A DNA stretch of 64,000 nucleotides from Nitrospirota bacterium (GTDB taxonomy: Bacteria; Nitrospirota; UBA9217): positions 1-64,000 of the forward strand of contig DASPSR010000052.1 in the NCBI GenBank assembly GCA_035623825.1. The letters run 5' to 3'. The notes under the pieces are model-generated. The model saw only the letters and a list, made by a program, of their open reading frames with translations, was not told the DNA's origin and did not search any database. Position numbers and translations under genes: made by a program. Position 1 is the stretch's first letter. The number at the start of each line of letters is the position of its first letter. Positions 49,837 to 59,136 of the stretch are shown piece after piece.

Positions 49837-50141
49837 CGATGAGCTGGAACTGAAGAGTCGGGTGACGATTTGATGAAATCGCCGTGGATGATACCCGCTG
49901 GGGAGTGCAGCTTCCGCCTCGATTAGCACCACCCATTTCGTGATATTGCGTTTATACCTGCGTCGGACTCCAGTGAGCCACATGAGAAGCAGAGCGGTGC
50001 AGCCTTGATTTGTGTCGTTATTAGAGCCCGAAAAAAGCCCGCCCTTCATGATGAACATCGCGTGTTTCCTTCGGGCGGGCATGATACGTGTCTCCCCCTG
50101 CTTCATGCTGATGGCTGCAGTCATGTTTATCCTGGAGGGCC

Positions 50142-50918
50142 ATGATTCCCTATCCTCATATCGAACCTGAGATCATGCGTGTCGGGCCTTTTGCCGTGAG
50201 GTGGTACGGCCTGATGTACCTGATCGGATTTGCGGCGTCCTACGTTCTGGTCAAGTACCAGGTAAAGAAACGAGGTCTTGCCCTGACTGCGGATTTTCTC
50301 GACATCCTCTACACGTGGATCTTTCTCGGCCTTGTGGTCGGCGCGCGTCTGGGGTATGTGATTTTTTACGATCTGTCTTCCTACATCAGCCATCCTCTGG
50401 AAATATTCGCGGTCTGGCATGGGGGAATGTCGTTCCACGGCGGATTGATCGGGAGCGTGCTAGCCGGAGTATGGTGCTGCCAGCGCTTCAAGGCGGACCC
50501 GTGGCAGGTCGCGGACCTTGTCATGGTGACTGCGCCGATCGGGCTGGGTTTCGGCAGGCTCGGGAATTTCATCAACGGCGAGCTTTTCGGCCGGGTCACC
50601 GATGTGCCGTGGGGAATGGTGTTTCCTGCCGGCGGACCGTACCCGCGCCATCCTTCGCAGATCTACGAGTTCTTGCTTGAAGGTTTCGTGCTCTTTACCG
50701 TCCTGTGGATCATGAAGGACAGGTTAAAGAGGACCGGATTGCTCACAGCGCTGTTCGTCATGCTGTATGGTGTGTTAAGGTTTTTCGCTGAATTTTTCAG
50801 GGAGCCCGACCCGCAGCTCGGTTTCATCGTGGGCCCGTTCACCATGGGTCAGCTCTTGAGTTCGCTCATGGTGCTTGCCGGAGGAGCGCTCCTGTACGTG
50901 AGGCGAAAAAGACAGTAG
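50142..50918 (+). CDS. lgt: Prolipoprotein diacylglyceryl transferase
   Basis: RWYGLMY, GARLGY, GGMSFHGG, GRLGNFINGEL, HPSQ.YE. Confidence 0.97.
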   Translation: MIPYPHIEPEIMRVGPFAVRWYGLMYLIGFAASYVLVKYQVKKRGLALTADFLDILYTWIFLGLVVGARLGYVIFYDLSSYISHPLEIFAVWHGGMSFHGGLIGSVLAGVWCCQRFKADPWQVADLVMVTAPIGLGFGRLGNFINGELFGRVTDVPWGMVFPAGGPYPRHPSQIYEFLLEGFVLFTVLWIMKDRLKRTGLLTALFVMLYGVLRFFAEFFREPDPQLGFIVGPFTMGQLLSSLMVLAGGALLYVRRKRQ

Positions 50919-51036
50919 GGTCCCGCCGCTTTCTCGGTATGCATACCGGCCCTTCCTCCTGACGACCGTTCGTTCAAATGATGAAATATTTGTTGTCATG
51001 AGGCCTTTGGATAGTATAATATGGTGGCCTTCTCCT

Positions 51037-51657
51037 ATGGACACGATAATCTTTCTCAAGGGACTCATCCTCGGCTTTGTGATTGCCGCGCCTGTCGGTC
51101 CAATCGGCATTCTCTGCGCGCGGCGCACACTGACGCACGGACGGCGCGCAGGCTTCTTCTCCGGCATAGGGGCGGCCACTGCGGATGCCATCTATGGTTT
51201 CGTCGCAGCCTTCGGCCTCACGATCGTATCAAACTTTCTGATCGGACACCAGTTCTGGCTCAGGCTCGTTGGCGGCGCGGTCCTGTGTTTATTGGGAGCA
51301 AGAACGCTCTTCATGCAGCCTGAGGGAAAAGAAGACATCCCGCCGTCGATGAGAAAATACGCCGGAATGTACACATCGACGTTCTTTCTTACGCTCACCA
51401 ATCCCATGACGATCTTTTCTTTTGCCGCGGTCTTTGCCGGGTTCGGCCTTGCGGGCACGAAAGGGAGCTTGGTCTCCGCCGGCATCCTGATTCTCGGGGT
51501 ATTCCTCGGCTCAACGTTCTGGTGGCTCCTCCTGGTCGGTGTTTTCACGATCTTCAGAAGAAGGTTCGAGCATCATGAACTCCAGTGGATAAACAGGATC
51601 GCCGGTGTTATCATCGCCGGATCCGGAATTCTTGCACTGTTAAGCCTGGAATGGTAA
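51037..51657 (+). CDS. LysE family transporter
   Basis: AAPVGPIG, G..G.ATAD, TLTNP.TI. Confidence 0.9.
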   Translation: MDTIIFLKGLILGFVIAAPVGPIGILCARRTLTHGRRAGFFSGIGAATADAIYGFVAAFGLTIVSNFLIGHQFWLRLVGGAVLCLLGARTLFMQPEGKEDIPPSMRKYAGMYTSTFFLTLTNPMTIFSFAAVFAGFGLAGTKGSLVSAGILILGVFLGSTFWWLLLVGVFTIFRRRFEHHELQWINRIAGVIIAGSGILALLSLEW

Positions 51658-51907
51658 AAAACGCCTTGTATATTTGGAAGTTAATCATTCCGAACCTATT
51701 TTCAGTTTACATTTCCTGTCGCAATTTCCTCCTCGCTGTTCACTCAATCGCACTCTCTTGAATTTGCCGGCGAAAAAAGCAACTAAATGAAAAAAATTGC
51801 GCCCTAGGCAAAGAATGAAAGAACGGACATGACAGCTTGACAACTCATAAAACAGTGCTATGAATTTACATATACGGATTTATAATTTCTGGAGGGGGAG
51901 GTGCGCC

Positions 51908-53065
51908 ATGACAATACGTAAAACATTGTTCTGGCTGCTGATCGGGTCTCTTGCTGTCTTAACATCCGCGGTTCTTTTGTACTCGTGCTCTGGGGGGGGC
52001 GGGGGCAGCGCCGGTGGAACTCCGTTCGGCGCGGTGGGAGTCTATCTAACTAACGATACGCTGTCTACTCAGGATACGGGGACTGATACGTCATCGATCT
52101 CTCAGCTTACCGATACCATCATGTCTCTGTTTTCTCAGGTTACCGGGACAATCGAAAAAGTTCAATTGATCAGCACGGGCACGGGAACGACCTGCGATGT
52201 GTTAAACGGACCGACAGCTGTGAATATCGCTGACCTTGCCAATGTGTTGCAACTGGTCAATGTAACGCAGTGTCCCGCTGGACCGTATAACCGTATCCAC
52301 ATCGAATTCGACAAGAGCGTGGATCTGATGAGCGCACCGACCGGAACGCCAGTGTCCTGTTCCTTTGTCTCCTATAAAGACGAAGGGAATCATGACAAGC
52401 CGAATGTCCTTCAGTGCGATCCCGCCAGCAATATCTGCACGCTGGATATCAACGGTGCGGTGAACGTGCTTGCCAATCAGCAGAACAAGCTGGCACTCGA
52501 TTTCAATCTGAAGGACTTTGATGTGTTTTTCGGCGAATCGGGCTGCGCTGTGACGATGAAGGTCTCGCCCCTCTATACCGAGGAGATCGAAGCGCGCAGG
52601 CATCCGGAAGCGGTCACGGGGATCGTATCTCAGCTCAGCACGACGAACCAGACATTTGATCTTACAGATAGGCATAGGACCTACAACGTTCTGTATTCGG
52701 GGATAACGACGACCGATCAGCCAGGGATTAACAGCCTTCTCCAGCGCGCACAGGACGACCAATTGAAGGCAAAGGTCAAGTCCTCCAGCGTCGATTTCAT
52801 GAACAACATGATCGACGCATCGGCCATCCTGGTGAAGGTTGAAGGTACGGTCTCGAATCTCGTGTCCAACGCCACCTTTTCCTTAAACTATGGTCCGGGA
52901 GGAACTAAAAACATCAATGTCGACTACAGCAAGGCGACCGTAGAAGGCACAGTGACCAACGGATCATGGGTTGATGTGAAGTTATATGGTTACTCCTCCG
53001 CGAGCAACGATTTCCTCGCTAACCAGGTAGAAGTGGAGTGCGACGGAACGACGACGGAAGACTGA
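51908..53065 (+). CDS. Lipoprotein with DUF4382-like and DUF5666-like beta domains
   Basis: Lipobox LYSC with Gly linker; G.Y..I.I, LDFNL, repeated EGTV..L motifs. Confidence 0.7.
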   Translation: MTIRKTLFWLLIGSLAVLTSAVLLYSCSGGGGGSAGGTPFGAVGVYLTNDTLSTQDTGTDTSSISQLTDTIMSLFSQVTGTIEKVQLISTGTGTTCDVLNGPTAVNIADLANVLQLVNVTQCPAGPYNRIHIEFDKSVDLMSAPTGTPVSCSFVSYKDEGNHDKPNVLQCDPASNICTLDINGAVNVLANQQNKLALDFNLKDFDVFFGESGCAVTMKVSPLYTEEIEARRHPEAVTGIVSQLSTTNQTFDLTDRHRTYNVLYSGITTTDQPGINSLLQRAQDDQLKAKVKSSSVDFMNNMIDASAILVKVEGTVSNLVSNATFSLNYGPGGTKNINVDYSKATVEGTVTNGSWVDVKLYGYSSASNDFLANQVEVECDGTTTED

Positions 53066-53105
53066 CCGCGGCGCGAAGCCCGAATTCTACGATGGCAGAG
53101 GCATC

Positions 53106-53135
53106 GAGGGGAGCAGAAGCTCCCCTCTTTTTTTT
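53106..53135 (+). terminator. Intrinsic terminator
   Basis: GAGGGGAGC-AGAA-GCTCCCCTC followed by T8. Confidence 0.9.
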
Positions 53136-53483
53136 GTTCTCGTGCTCGGCTCTTGCATGAGGATGCGGTTACAGAACTACAATCTGCAAAAAAGAATGCT
53201 GCCTTCACGAACTCTTCCGACCCCCGCATCATCCTGAATAGGGTAGCGCTGTGCATATTTCTCTTTCTTCGAGAGTATTCCAAGAGGAACCTTCCCATTG
53301 CACCGTGGTGGACATAAATATGCTATAATAAAATAGAAACGCGATCGATAATTGAGGATGATCGCTGTCCCGATTTATGCGTGCCGGATCGATGGAGATA
53401 ACAAGCGCGAACCATGAATTGAGAAGAGGAAAGTCTACATCTAGCATGTGTGATGTTCCATTAACGTTAAGAAGGAGGGCGAG

Positions 53484-53969
53484 ATGGATGCTCTAGAGAT
53501 AGCGATGAAGATGGAAAAAGACGCAATTACATTCTACAGCGAGGCGGCACGGAAAACGAAATATCCGGCGGGGAAAAAGATGTTCGATACGATCAGTCAG
53601 GACGAGAAGAGGCACTTGGAGATGATCTCAGAAATAATAAAGGGGCTTAATGTCACGCACAAGGACGTGAGCCCCATGAAGAATGTGAGAACCGTCTTCG
53701 AGTCCATGAAGAAGGAGATGATGAAGAAGGTCGAGGCATCCGCCGATGAGCTTGAGGCTTTCAAGATCGCCATGAGGATGGAGCAGGAGGGGATGGAGTT
53801 CTATAAGAAGACTCTTGCCGGAGCCAAAAAAGAGAAGGAAAGGACACTGCTGGAGAGGCTTATTAAAGAGGAGGAGCAGCATTACGCCATCTTCGCGAAT
53901 ACTTATCAGTTCCTCGCTGACACCGGAAACTGGTTCCTCTGGGAAGAGCGCGGAATTGTCGAGGGCTGA
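53484..53969 (+). CDS. Ferritin-like / rubrerythrin-domain protein
   Basis: A.KME...FY, DEKRH, ME.EG..FY, EEEQH. Confidence 0.88.
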   Translation: MDALEIAMKMEKDAITFYSEAARKTKYPAGKKMFDTISQDEKRHLEMISEIIKGLNVTHKDVSPMKNVRTVFESMKKEMMKKVEASADELEAFKIAMRMEQEGMEFYKKTLAGAKKEKERTLLERLIKEEEQHYAIFANTYQFLADTGNWFLWEERGIVEG

Positions 53970-54087
53970 GTGACGCCTGGATTGCAGAATGCGGATTGTA
54001 AATCACAAAAAACATCGGGGAAGGGAATTTGCGAGCCGACAACCCGGGGTCGGGAATCCCCCATTCTGCATGAGGCAAGGAGGAGCA

Positions 54088-54360
54088 ATGTATACGATTG
54101 TTGCCTTAAAGGATAAGATTCAGGAAATGTATCCCGAGATCAGGGAGCATAGTCTCTCGATGGGGCTTGACTTTGATGTACAAAAGAACGCCTACATCAT
54201 CACATTTAAGCGGGGCACGGAAGAACTCACTACGCATCTTGAGAAGAAAGACGCTGATGAGTGCATGAATGGCATCAAGTGTGTATACCTCGGGGTCCAG
54301 GTCGAGCAGTTCATCAAAAACTTCGAGGAAAGGAAGGCTTTTGGTAGGAAGGTGGCATGA
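54088..54360 (+). CDS. Hypothetical protein (90 aa)
   Basis: AAGGAGG RBS; KIQEMYPEI...THLEKKDADECM.G..CVYLG. Confidence 0.75.
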   Translation: MYTIVALKDKIQEMYPEIREHSLSMGLDFDVQKNAYIITFKRGTEELTTHLEKKDADECMNGIKCVYLGVQVEQFIKNFEERKAFGRKVA

Positions 54361-54493
54361 ACTGCCATGCGGCCATGAAGCCGGGAGACTGCCATCATGT
54401 GCTCCCGCGGCGCCAGGTTCTGCCGTCGCTGTTGAGCTTGTAAGGAAACAGAAAGGGGTTTGAACCGGTTCCTCTCGTCATGAACAACAAGAA

Positions 54494-54517
54494 AGCCTGG
54501 GAAGGTCTTCCCAGGCT
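54494..54517. terminator. Hairpin terminator between convergent units
   Basis: AGCCTGGGAA-GGTC-TTCCCAGGCT, followed by a T-rich tract on the minus strand. Confidence 0.8.
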
Positions 54518-54554
54518 CTCGCGTTTTTGAAGTGATGCCGCGCTCAAGGATTGC

Positions 54555-54617
54555 TCAGCAGGAGCTTTTGCACTTGCACGTTGTTGCCATTTTCTTCGAA
54601 ACCTTCCTGATCGTCAT
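54555..54617 (-). CDS. Putative RiPP precursor peptide MTIRKVSKKMATTCKCKSSC (20 aa)
   Basis: AAGGAGGTG-TCTT-ATG; 63-nt ORF, 68 bp downstream of the rSAM/SPASM gene; terminator follows. Confidence 0.8.
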   Translation of the reverse strand: MTIRKVSKKMATTCKCKSSC

Positions 54618-54685
54618 AAGACACCTCCTTTCCAAAGCTATTCCTTCAGTCCGATATGATTTTTTCATCATCTACTGTCAAAAAG

Positions 54686-55828
54686 TCATGCTTTATCGTT
54701 TATTATACCATAAAGAGCGCATCTGTACGGATCTCTCCCGCGGGGTCCTTCAATCAGCTCGGCCCGGTAACGGCATCCTCCCCGGCAGGCTTCGATGAAC
54801 TCGCAATCGCATGCCAGATCTTTGAGCAGAACGGGCTGGATCCTCTGCCAGGATGACCGGAGCCCCTGGTCAACTGTTCCTGCGGTGCGGTCCCCGTAAA
54901 ACGTACATTTTGCAACATTCCCGTTCGCCATCACGGACACCAGGTGCAAGCCGCATGCGTACCCCGTTCCTGATGCGTGGACGCCGCCGCCGTAACCGTA
55001 TCCAAGGTATCTCCCTCCCTCTTCCGGATTTACCCAGAATTCAGCGTTTTCCCTTAGTCTCCCCGAGGCGCAGGGAACATCAACGGTCCACTCCTTGATA
55101 CCCAATCGTTTAAACAAATGCTCCATCTCGTCGAAATCACGGAGATTCCTTTGGTGAACCATAGTAGATATCGAAACATTAAAGCCCGAGTCCAAGGAGT
55201 TTTTCACGGCATCCAGGGCGCATCGGTACGTCCCATTGCCCCGTAGCGCATCGTGGGCCGCTTCGAGCCCGTCGATACTGACCTGTATCTCGTCGACCTT
55301 AAGCATTTTGAGGATTTCTTTCCGCAGGAGCATGCCGTTCGTGAACAGTGCTTTTCTGATTGAATAGTCTGGGAGCACTTCATTTATAGCCTCGAAGTTT
55401 CCATGGAGCAGCGGCTCCCCTCCCGTAATCATCACCCTCAGGCCCTGCATATCTTCAAATTCACTCAGGACATTCCGGATTTGCGTGAGAGAAAGCTCAT
55501 GGGAGGCGCCATCACCTATATAGCAGTGTCTGCACCGGAGATTGCATGCGTTCGTGATCTGGAGCTCGAGATACCGAAGGGAGGGTACAGGTGCTTGTAT
55601 CAGGAGAGGCCTTTTTACAGTCACCTGTTCAGTCGTAAGCAGCCCCTCTTCAACACAGTAATCGATGAATGCGCTGTCCTTCGATGCGCACCCACTTTTC
55701 GAGGCGCAGCTTTTCATAAAGCTGAACGAATCGGCATCGAGTTCATAGAGCTCATCCTTCGCCATGTGATATATCGAGGGCGTTTCGAGCCATTTCAGAA
55801 CGGCCTTCCGCGCCAGATAATAATTCAT
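54686..55828 (-). CDS. Radical SAM/SPASM domain protein with N-terminal RRE-like extension (putative peptide maturase)
   Basis: CNLRCRHC, TGGEP, SIDG...HD..RG; C-X10-G-X4-C ... CxC-X5-C-X3-C ... C. Confidence 0.9.
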   Translation of the reverse strand: MNYYLARKAVLKWLETPSIYHMAKDELYELDADSFSFMKSCASKSGCASKDSAFIDYCVEEGLLTTEQVTVKRPLLIQAPVPSLRYLELQITNACNLRCRHCYIGDGASHELSLTQIRNVLSEFEDMQGLRVMITGGEPLLHGNFEAINEVLPDYSIRKALFTNGMLLRKEILKMLKVDEIQVSIDGLEAAHDALRGNGTYRCALDAVKNSLDSGFNVSISTMVHQRNLRDFDEMEHLFKRLGIKEWTVDVPCASGRLRENAEFWVNPEEGGRYLGYGYGGGVHASGTGYACGLHLVSVMANGNVAKCTFYGDRTAGTVDQGLRSSWQRIQPVLLKDLACDCEFIEACRGGCRYRAELIEGPRGRDPYRCALYGIINDKA

Positions 55829-55875
55829 GCCTTTTATTATAGCACCGCGTCCTGATTTTTTGTTATAATGAACCC
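55829..55875. promoter_or_regulatory. Back-to-back extended -10 promoters (predicted leaderless transcripts)
   Basis: TGnTATAAT lies 6 nt before ATG 55876 (+) and 7 nt before ATG 55828 (-). Confidence 0.7.
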
Positions 55876-56205
55876 ATGAAAAAGAAAGCTCCCCTCATTA
55901 AAACGCTTTGTTTAAAATATTGCTCATACTTCAAGCCGGACAAGAACGAAAAGCTCGCCTGTAGAGGCTATCATGTTGTGGAACGATTAATGCAGGCGGG
56001 CACGTCTGTCACCTTGGGAAAAACTGGAATTTCCGCCGATACAAAGGTCACGGGTCAGCTGGTCCAAGCCCTCTGCAGCGCCTGTCCCTTTCATGAGCAC
56101 GACTGCGATTTCTTCCACGACCTGGTATCGAACCCCTGCGGCGGATTCATGCTACTGTCGCAGCTTCTCGGATCGGGGCGAATCACGATTGACGAGATAA
56201 AATAA
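55876..56205 (+). CDS. Cys-rich hypothetical protein (7 Cys; possible metal/Fe-S binding)
   Basis: CLKYC...ACRG...CSAC...DCDF...PCGG. Confidence 0.75.
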   Translation: MKKKAPLIKTLCLKYCSYFKPDKNEKLACRGYHVVERLMQAGTSVTLGKTGISADTKVTGQLVQALCSACPFHEHDCDFFHDLVSNPCGGFMLLSQLLGSGRITIDEIK

Positions 56206-56351
56206 AAAATGCTTCGCTAAACGTGCAGAGAATGCAGCCTTAAAGGCCGCGGCTCTCGATCAGCTGGCATGTTATATTCGCGGTATACGGCTCCGCAGGC
56301 CCAAACGCGCTCCAGCCTGCCGCGTCAATGACGTTCAATTAAGAGGCAGTC

Positions 56352-58082
56352 ATGGACTACACCATCAAAATCGGCGGTGAGGCGGGGCAGGGTATTCAGA
56401 CCATCGGCGATACCCTCGCGCGCGTCTTCTCGCGCACGGGCTGCCATGTGTTCAGCCATCAGGACTACGAGTCACGCATCCGCGGAGGCCACAATTTTTA
56501 CCAGATCAGGCTTTCGAACAAACCGATATCCTCCTCGAGGGACAGGATTGACATTATCGTGGCGCTAGACCAGGAGAGCATCAAGCGCCATGAGCGCGAG
56601 ATCACAGAACGCGGCCGGATCATCTACGACGCATCGACACTCAAGATGAAATACGACAAGCAGCCCTTTCTCGACATCCCCTTTGCTGACCTCGCCATGC
56701 AGACCGGAGGGAGCCGGATCATGGCGAACACGGTCGCCACGGGGGCTGTGCTCGGCATGCTCGGGATGGATCTCTCACCCTTCCTCGACATCATAAGCGA
56801 GACCTTCCGAAAAAAAGGCGACGACGTTATCATCGCGAACAAGAACGCTGCGCTCGCGGGATACGATTATGCGATTAAAAATTGCACACGGTGCCCGTTC
56901 TCAGTCGTTGCCGATGCTTCTGCCCGGCCGAAGATGCTCATCGGGGGCGTCGAGGCCATCGGGCTCGGCGCAGTCGCATCGGGATGTAAGTTCTATTCCG
57001 CATACCCCATGACGCCGTCAACGGGGATTATGAACTACCTCGCGACAAAAGAGAAGGAGAACGGCATTGTGGTTGAGCAGGCGGAGGACGAGATCGCTGC
57101 GATCAACATGTCACTCGGAGCATCATTTGCGGGCGTGCGGTCGATGACCGGAACGTCGGGCGGCGGTTTTGCGCTCATGGTCGAAGGACTTTCGCTCGCG
57201 GCAATGACCGAGACGCCGATCGTGATTGCGCTAGGGCAGCGACCGGGGCCTGCCACGGGATTTCCCACGAGGACCGAGCAGGGCGAGCTTCAGTTCGTGC
57301 TCTCCGCTGGACATGGTGAGTTCCCCCGCGCGGTTTTCTCCCCGGGGACGCCTCGGCAAGCGATCTACCTCACAAACAAGGCCTTCGACCTGGCGGAGAG
57401 ATATCAGATCCCGACCTTCATCCTTTTCGACACCTACCTCGCCGATTCCCAGTGGACCTTCGACGGTATCGACGTGAGCAGGCTAAGGTATGTCGATTAC
57501 CGGCTACGGGGTGATGCGTTCAGGCAGGTTGCGGAGTACAGGCGCCATGCCTTTACCGGGAGCGGGGTTTCGCCCTTCGGCGTGCCAGGAGACGCCGAAC
57601 ACCTTGTGGTCACCGACAGCGATGAGCACGATGAAGAGGGCCATATCGTGGAAGACGCGACCACGCGGGTGAAGATGGTGCAGAAGCGGCTGCTCAAGAA
57701 GCTCTCGTTGATCAGGGGGGAAATCGCCCCGCCTTTCGTCTACGGCGACCATAGGCCCGCCATCGTGATTGCGGGCTGGGGTTCGACGTACGGCGTCATG
57801 AAAGAGGCGGTGGACGAGCTTTCGAAATCCCAGCGCATTGCCATGCTTCACTTCAGTGAACTTTTCCCTTTTCCGCAAAGGGAGCGGTTCGACTATGTTC
57901 AGCTCCTGCAGAATGCGAAACACACGATGTGCATAGAAAACAATGCAACGGGTCAGTTTAGCCGGCTCATGAGGGCTGAGACAGGATACGAGTTCACACG
58001 ACACATACGCAAATTCGACGGCAGGCCGTTCACGCTCGAGACGCTGGCAGGAGAGATCAATGGTTACCTTAGAAAGCTATAG
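56352..58082 (+). CDS. korA: 2-oxoacid:ferredoxin oxidoreductase alpha (gamma-alpha fusion)
   Basis: GGEAGQGI, SRIRGGHN, AYPMTP, EQAEDE, TSGGGF. Substrate specificity not established. Confidence 0.9.
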   Translation: MDYTIKIGGEAGQGIQTIGDTLARVFSRTGCHVFSHQDYESRIRGGHNFYQIRLSNKPISSSRDRIDIIVALDQESIKRHEREITERGRIIYDASTLKMKYDKQPFLDIPFADLAMQTGGSRIMANTVATGAVLGMLGMDLSPFLDIISETFRKKGDDVIIANKNAALAGYDYAIKNCTRCPFSVVADASARPKMLIGGVEAIGLGAVASGCKFYSAYPMTPSTGIMNYLATKEKENGIVVEQAEDEIAAINMSLGASFAGVRSMTGTSGGGFALMVEGLSLAAMTETPIVIALGQRPGPATGFPTRTEQGELQFVLSAGHGEFPRAVFSPGTPRQAIYLTNKAFDLAERYQIPTFILFDTYLADSQWTFDGIDVSRLRYVDYRLRGDAFRQVAEYRRHAFTGSGVSPFGVPGDAEHLVVTDSDEHDEEGHIVEDATTRVKMVQKRLLKKLSLIRGEIAPPFVYGDHRPAIVIAGWGSTYGVMKEAVDELSKSQRIAMLHFSELFPFPQRERFDYVQLLQNAKHTMCIENNATGQFSRLMRAETGYEFTRHIRKFDGRPFTLETLAGEINGYLRKL

Positions 58083-58911
58083 AGGGCAGGTCCCGGCGTG
58101 GTGCCCGGGGTGCGGAAACTTTCCGATCCTCAGCGCCTTCAAGGATGTAATGGTCGAGCTGGGCATGGAGCCCCACCAGTTCACCGTGGTATCGGGCATT
58201 GGCCAGGCAGCGAAACTCCCTCATTATACCAGATGCAACACCTTTAACGGACTTCACGGAAGAACGCTGCCGGTGGCCACCGGAATCAGACTTGCGAACC
58301 ACAAGATGCCGGTGATCGTCGTGACCGGCGACGGCGATTGCTACGGCGAGGGGGGCAACCATCTCATGGCCGCTATGCGAAGAAACATCAACGTGAAGCT
58401 CTTCGTGCATGACAACCAGATCTACGGCCTGACCAAGGGGCAGCCTTCCCCCACCACCGGCGAGGGCATGGTGACCAAGAACATGCCCTACGGAGTCATC
58501 TCAGAGCAGTTCAATCCCATGGTGCTCGCTGTAGCACTCGATTGCAGCTTCGCCGCCCGGGGGTTCGCTGCCGACACGGACCATCTCAAATCCCTCATGA
58601 AAGCGGCAATCAAGCACAATGGCTTCGCCATCGTCGACATCCTCCAGCCCTGCGTGACGTACAATAAGGTGAACACCTACGAATGGTATCGTCAGCGAGT
58701 ATATCATATCGGGCCGGACCATGACCCTGAGGACCGGAAGGCAGCGTTCAGCAAAGCGACCGAATGGGGCGATCGGATCCCGATCGGCATCATATACCGC
58801 AACAGCCGTCCGACGTTCGAGGAGCAGGTACCAATGATCGCCGGCAATCCGCTTGTGCACCAGGCCTTCGATGTAACGAAGATTCAAGAGGCGATCAAGG
58901 AATTTTATTAA
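58060..58911 (+). CDS. korB: 2-oxoacid:ferredoxin oxidoreductase beta (TPP-binding)
   Basis: WCPGCG, SGIG, LHGR, GDGD, DNQIYGLTKGQ. Confidence 0.9.
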   Translation: MVTLESYRGQVPAWCPGCGNFPILSAFKDVMVELGMEPHQFTVVSGIGQAAKLPHYTRCNTFNGLHGRTLPVATGIRLANHKMPVIVVTGDGDCYGEGGNHLMAAMRRNINVKLFVHDNQIYGLTKGQPSPTTGEGMVTKNMPYGVISEQFNPMVLAVALDCSFAARGFAADTDHLKSLMKAAIKHNGFAIVDILQPCVTYNKVNTYEWYRQRVYHIGPDHDPEDRKAAFSKATEWGDRIPIGIIYRNSRPTFEEQVPMIAGNPLVHQAFDVTKIQEAIKEFY

Positions 58912-59136
58912 GGGCGGCCACGTCCGGGTTCTCCAAAATACGGACCGAGAATAGCCGGTCTTCCTCTAGAGACACAGGTTTGCCGCCTGGGAGAAAGAAG
59001 AAGAGAATATCAATGTCCTCACCCCGATCAGAGCAAATGACACTTTCTTGAACCAGGGCAGGCCGCAGTCGAAGACTCCGTCACTCTTTCCCGTCGTTTG
59101 TAGTGACCGGATCAATTACTGCGGACGAATCCCTCA

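Noticed and set aside
49705-50124. 139-aa minus-strand ORF between dnaJ and lgt
   Set aside because: Overlaps the dnaJ 3' end; no RBS or motif support.
54357-54443. Tiny plus-strand Cys/His ORFs (MCSRGARFCRRC; MNCHAAMKPGDCHH...) and a B12-box-like AGCCGGGAGACTGCC
   Set aside because: Weak translation signals and opposite strand to the rSAM gene. The rest of a cobalamin riboswitch is absent, and the site is at a gene 3' end.
54500-54557. Sec read-through of the peptide's TGC-TGA end (a selenopeptide precursor)
   Set aside because: No AGG-loop SECIS-like hairpin at the spacing seen in the 62459 gene, no nearby in-frame stop, and a terminator follows. TGA is best read as stop, though homolog alignment should confirm.
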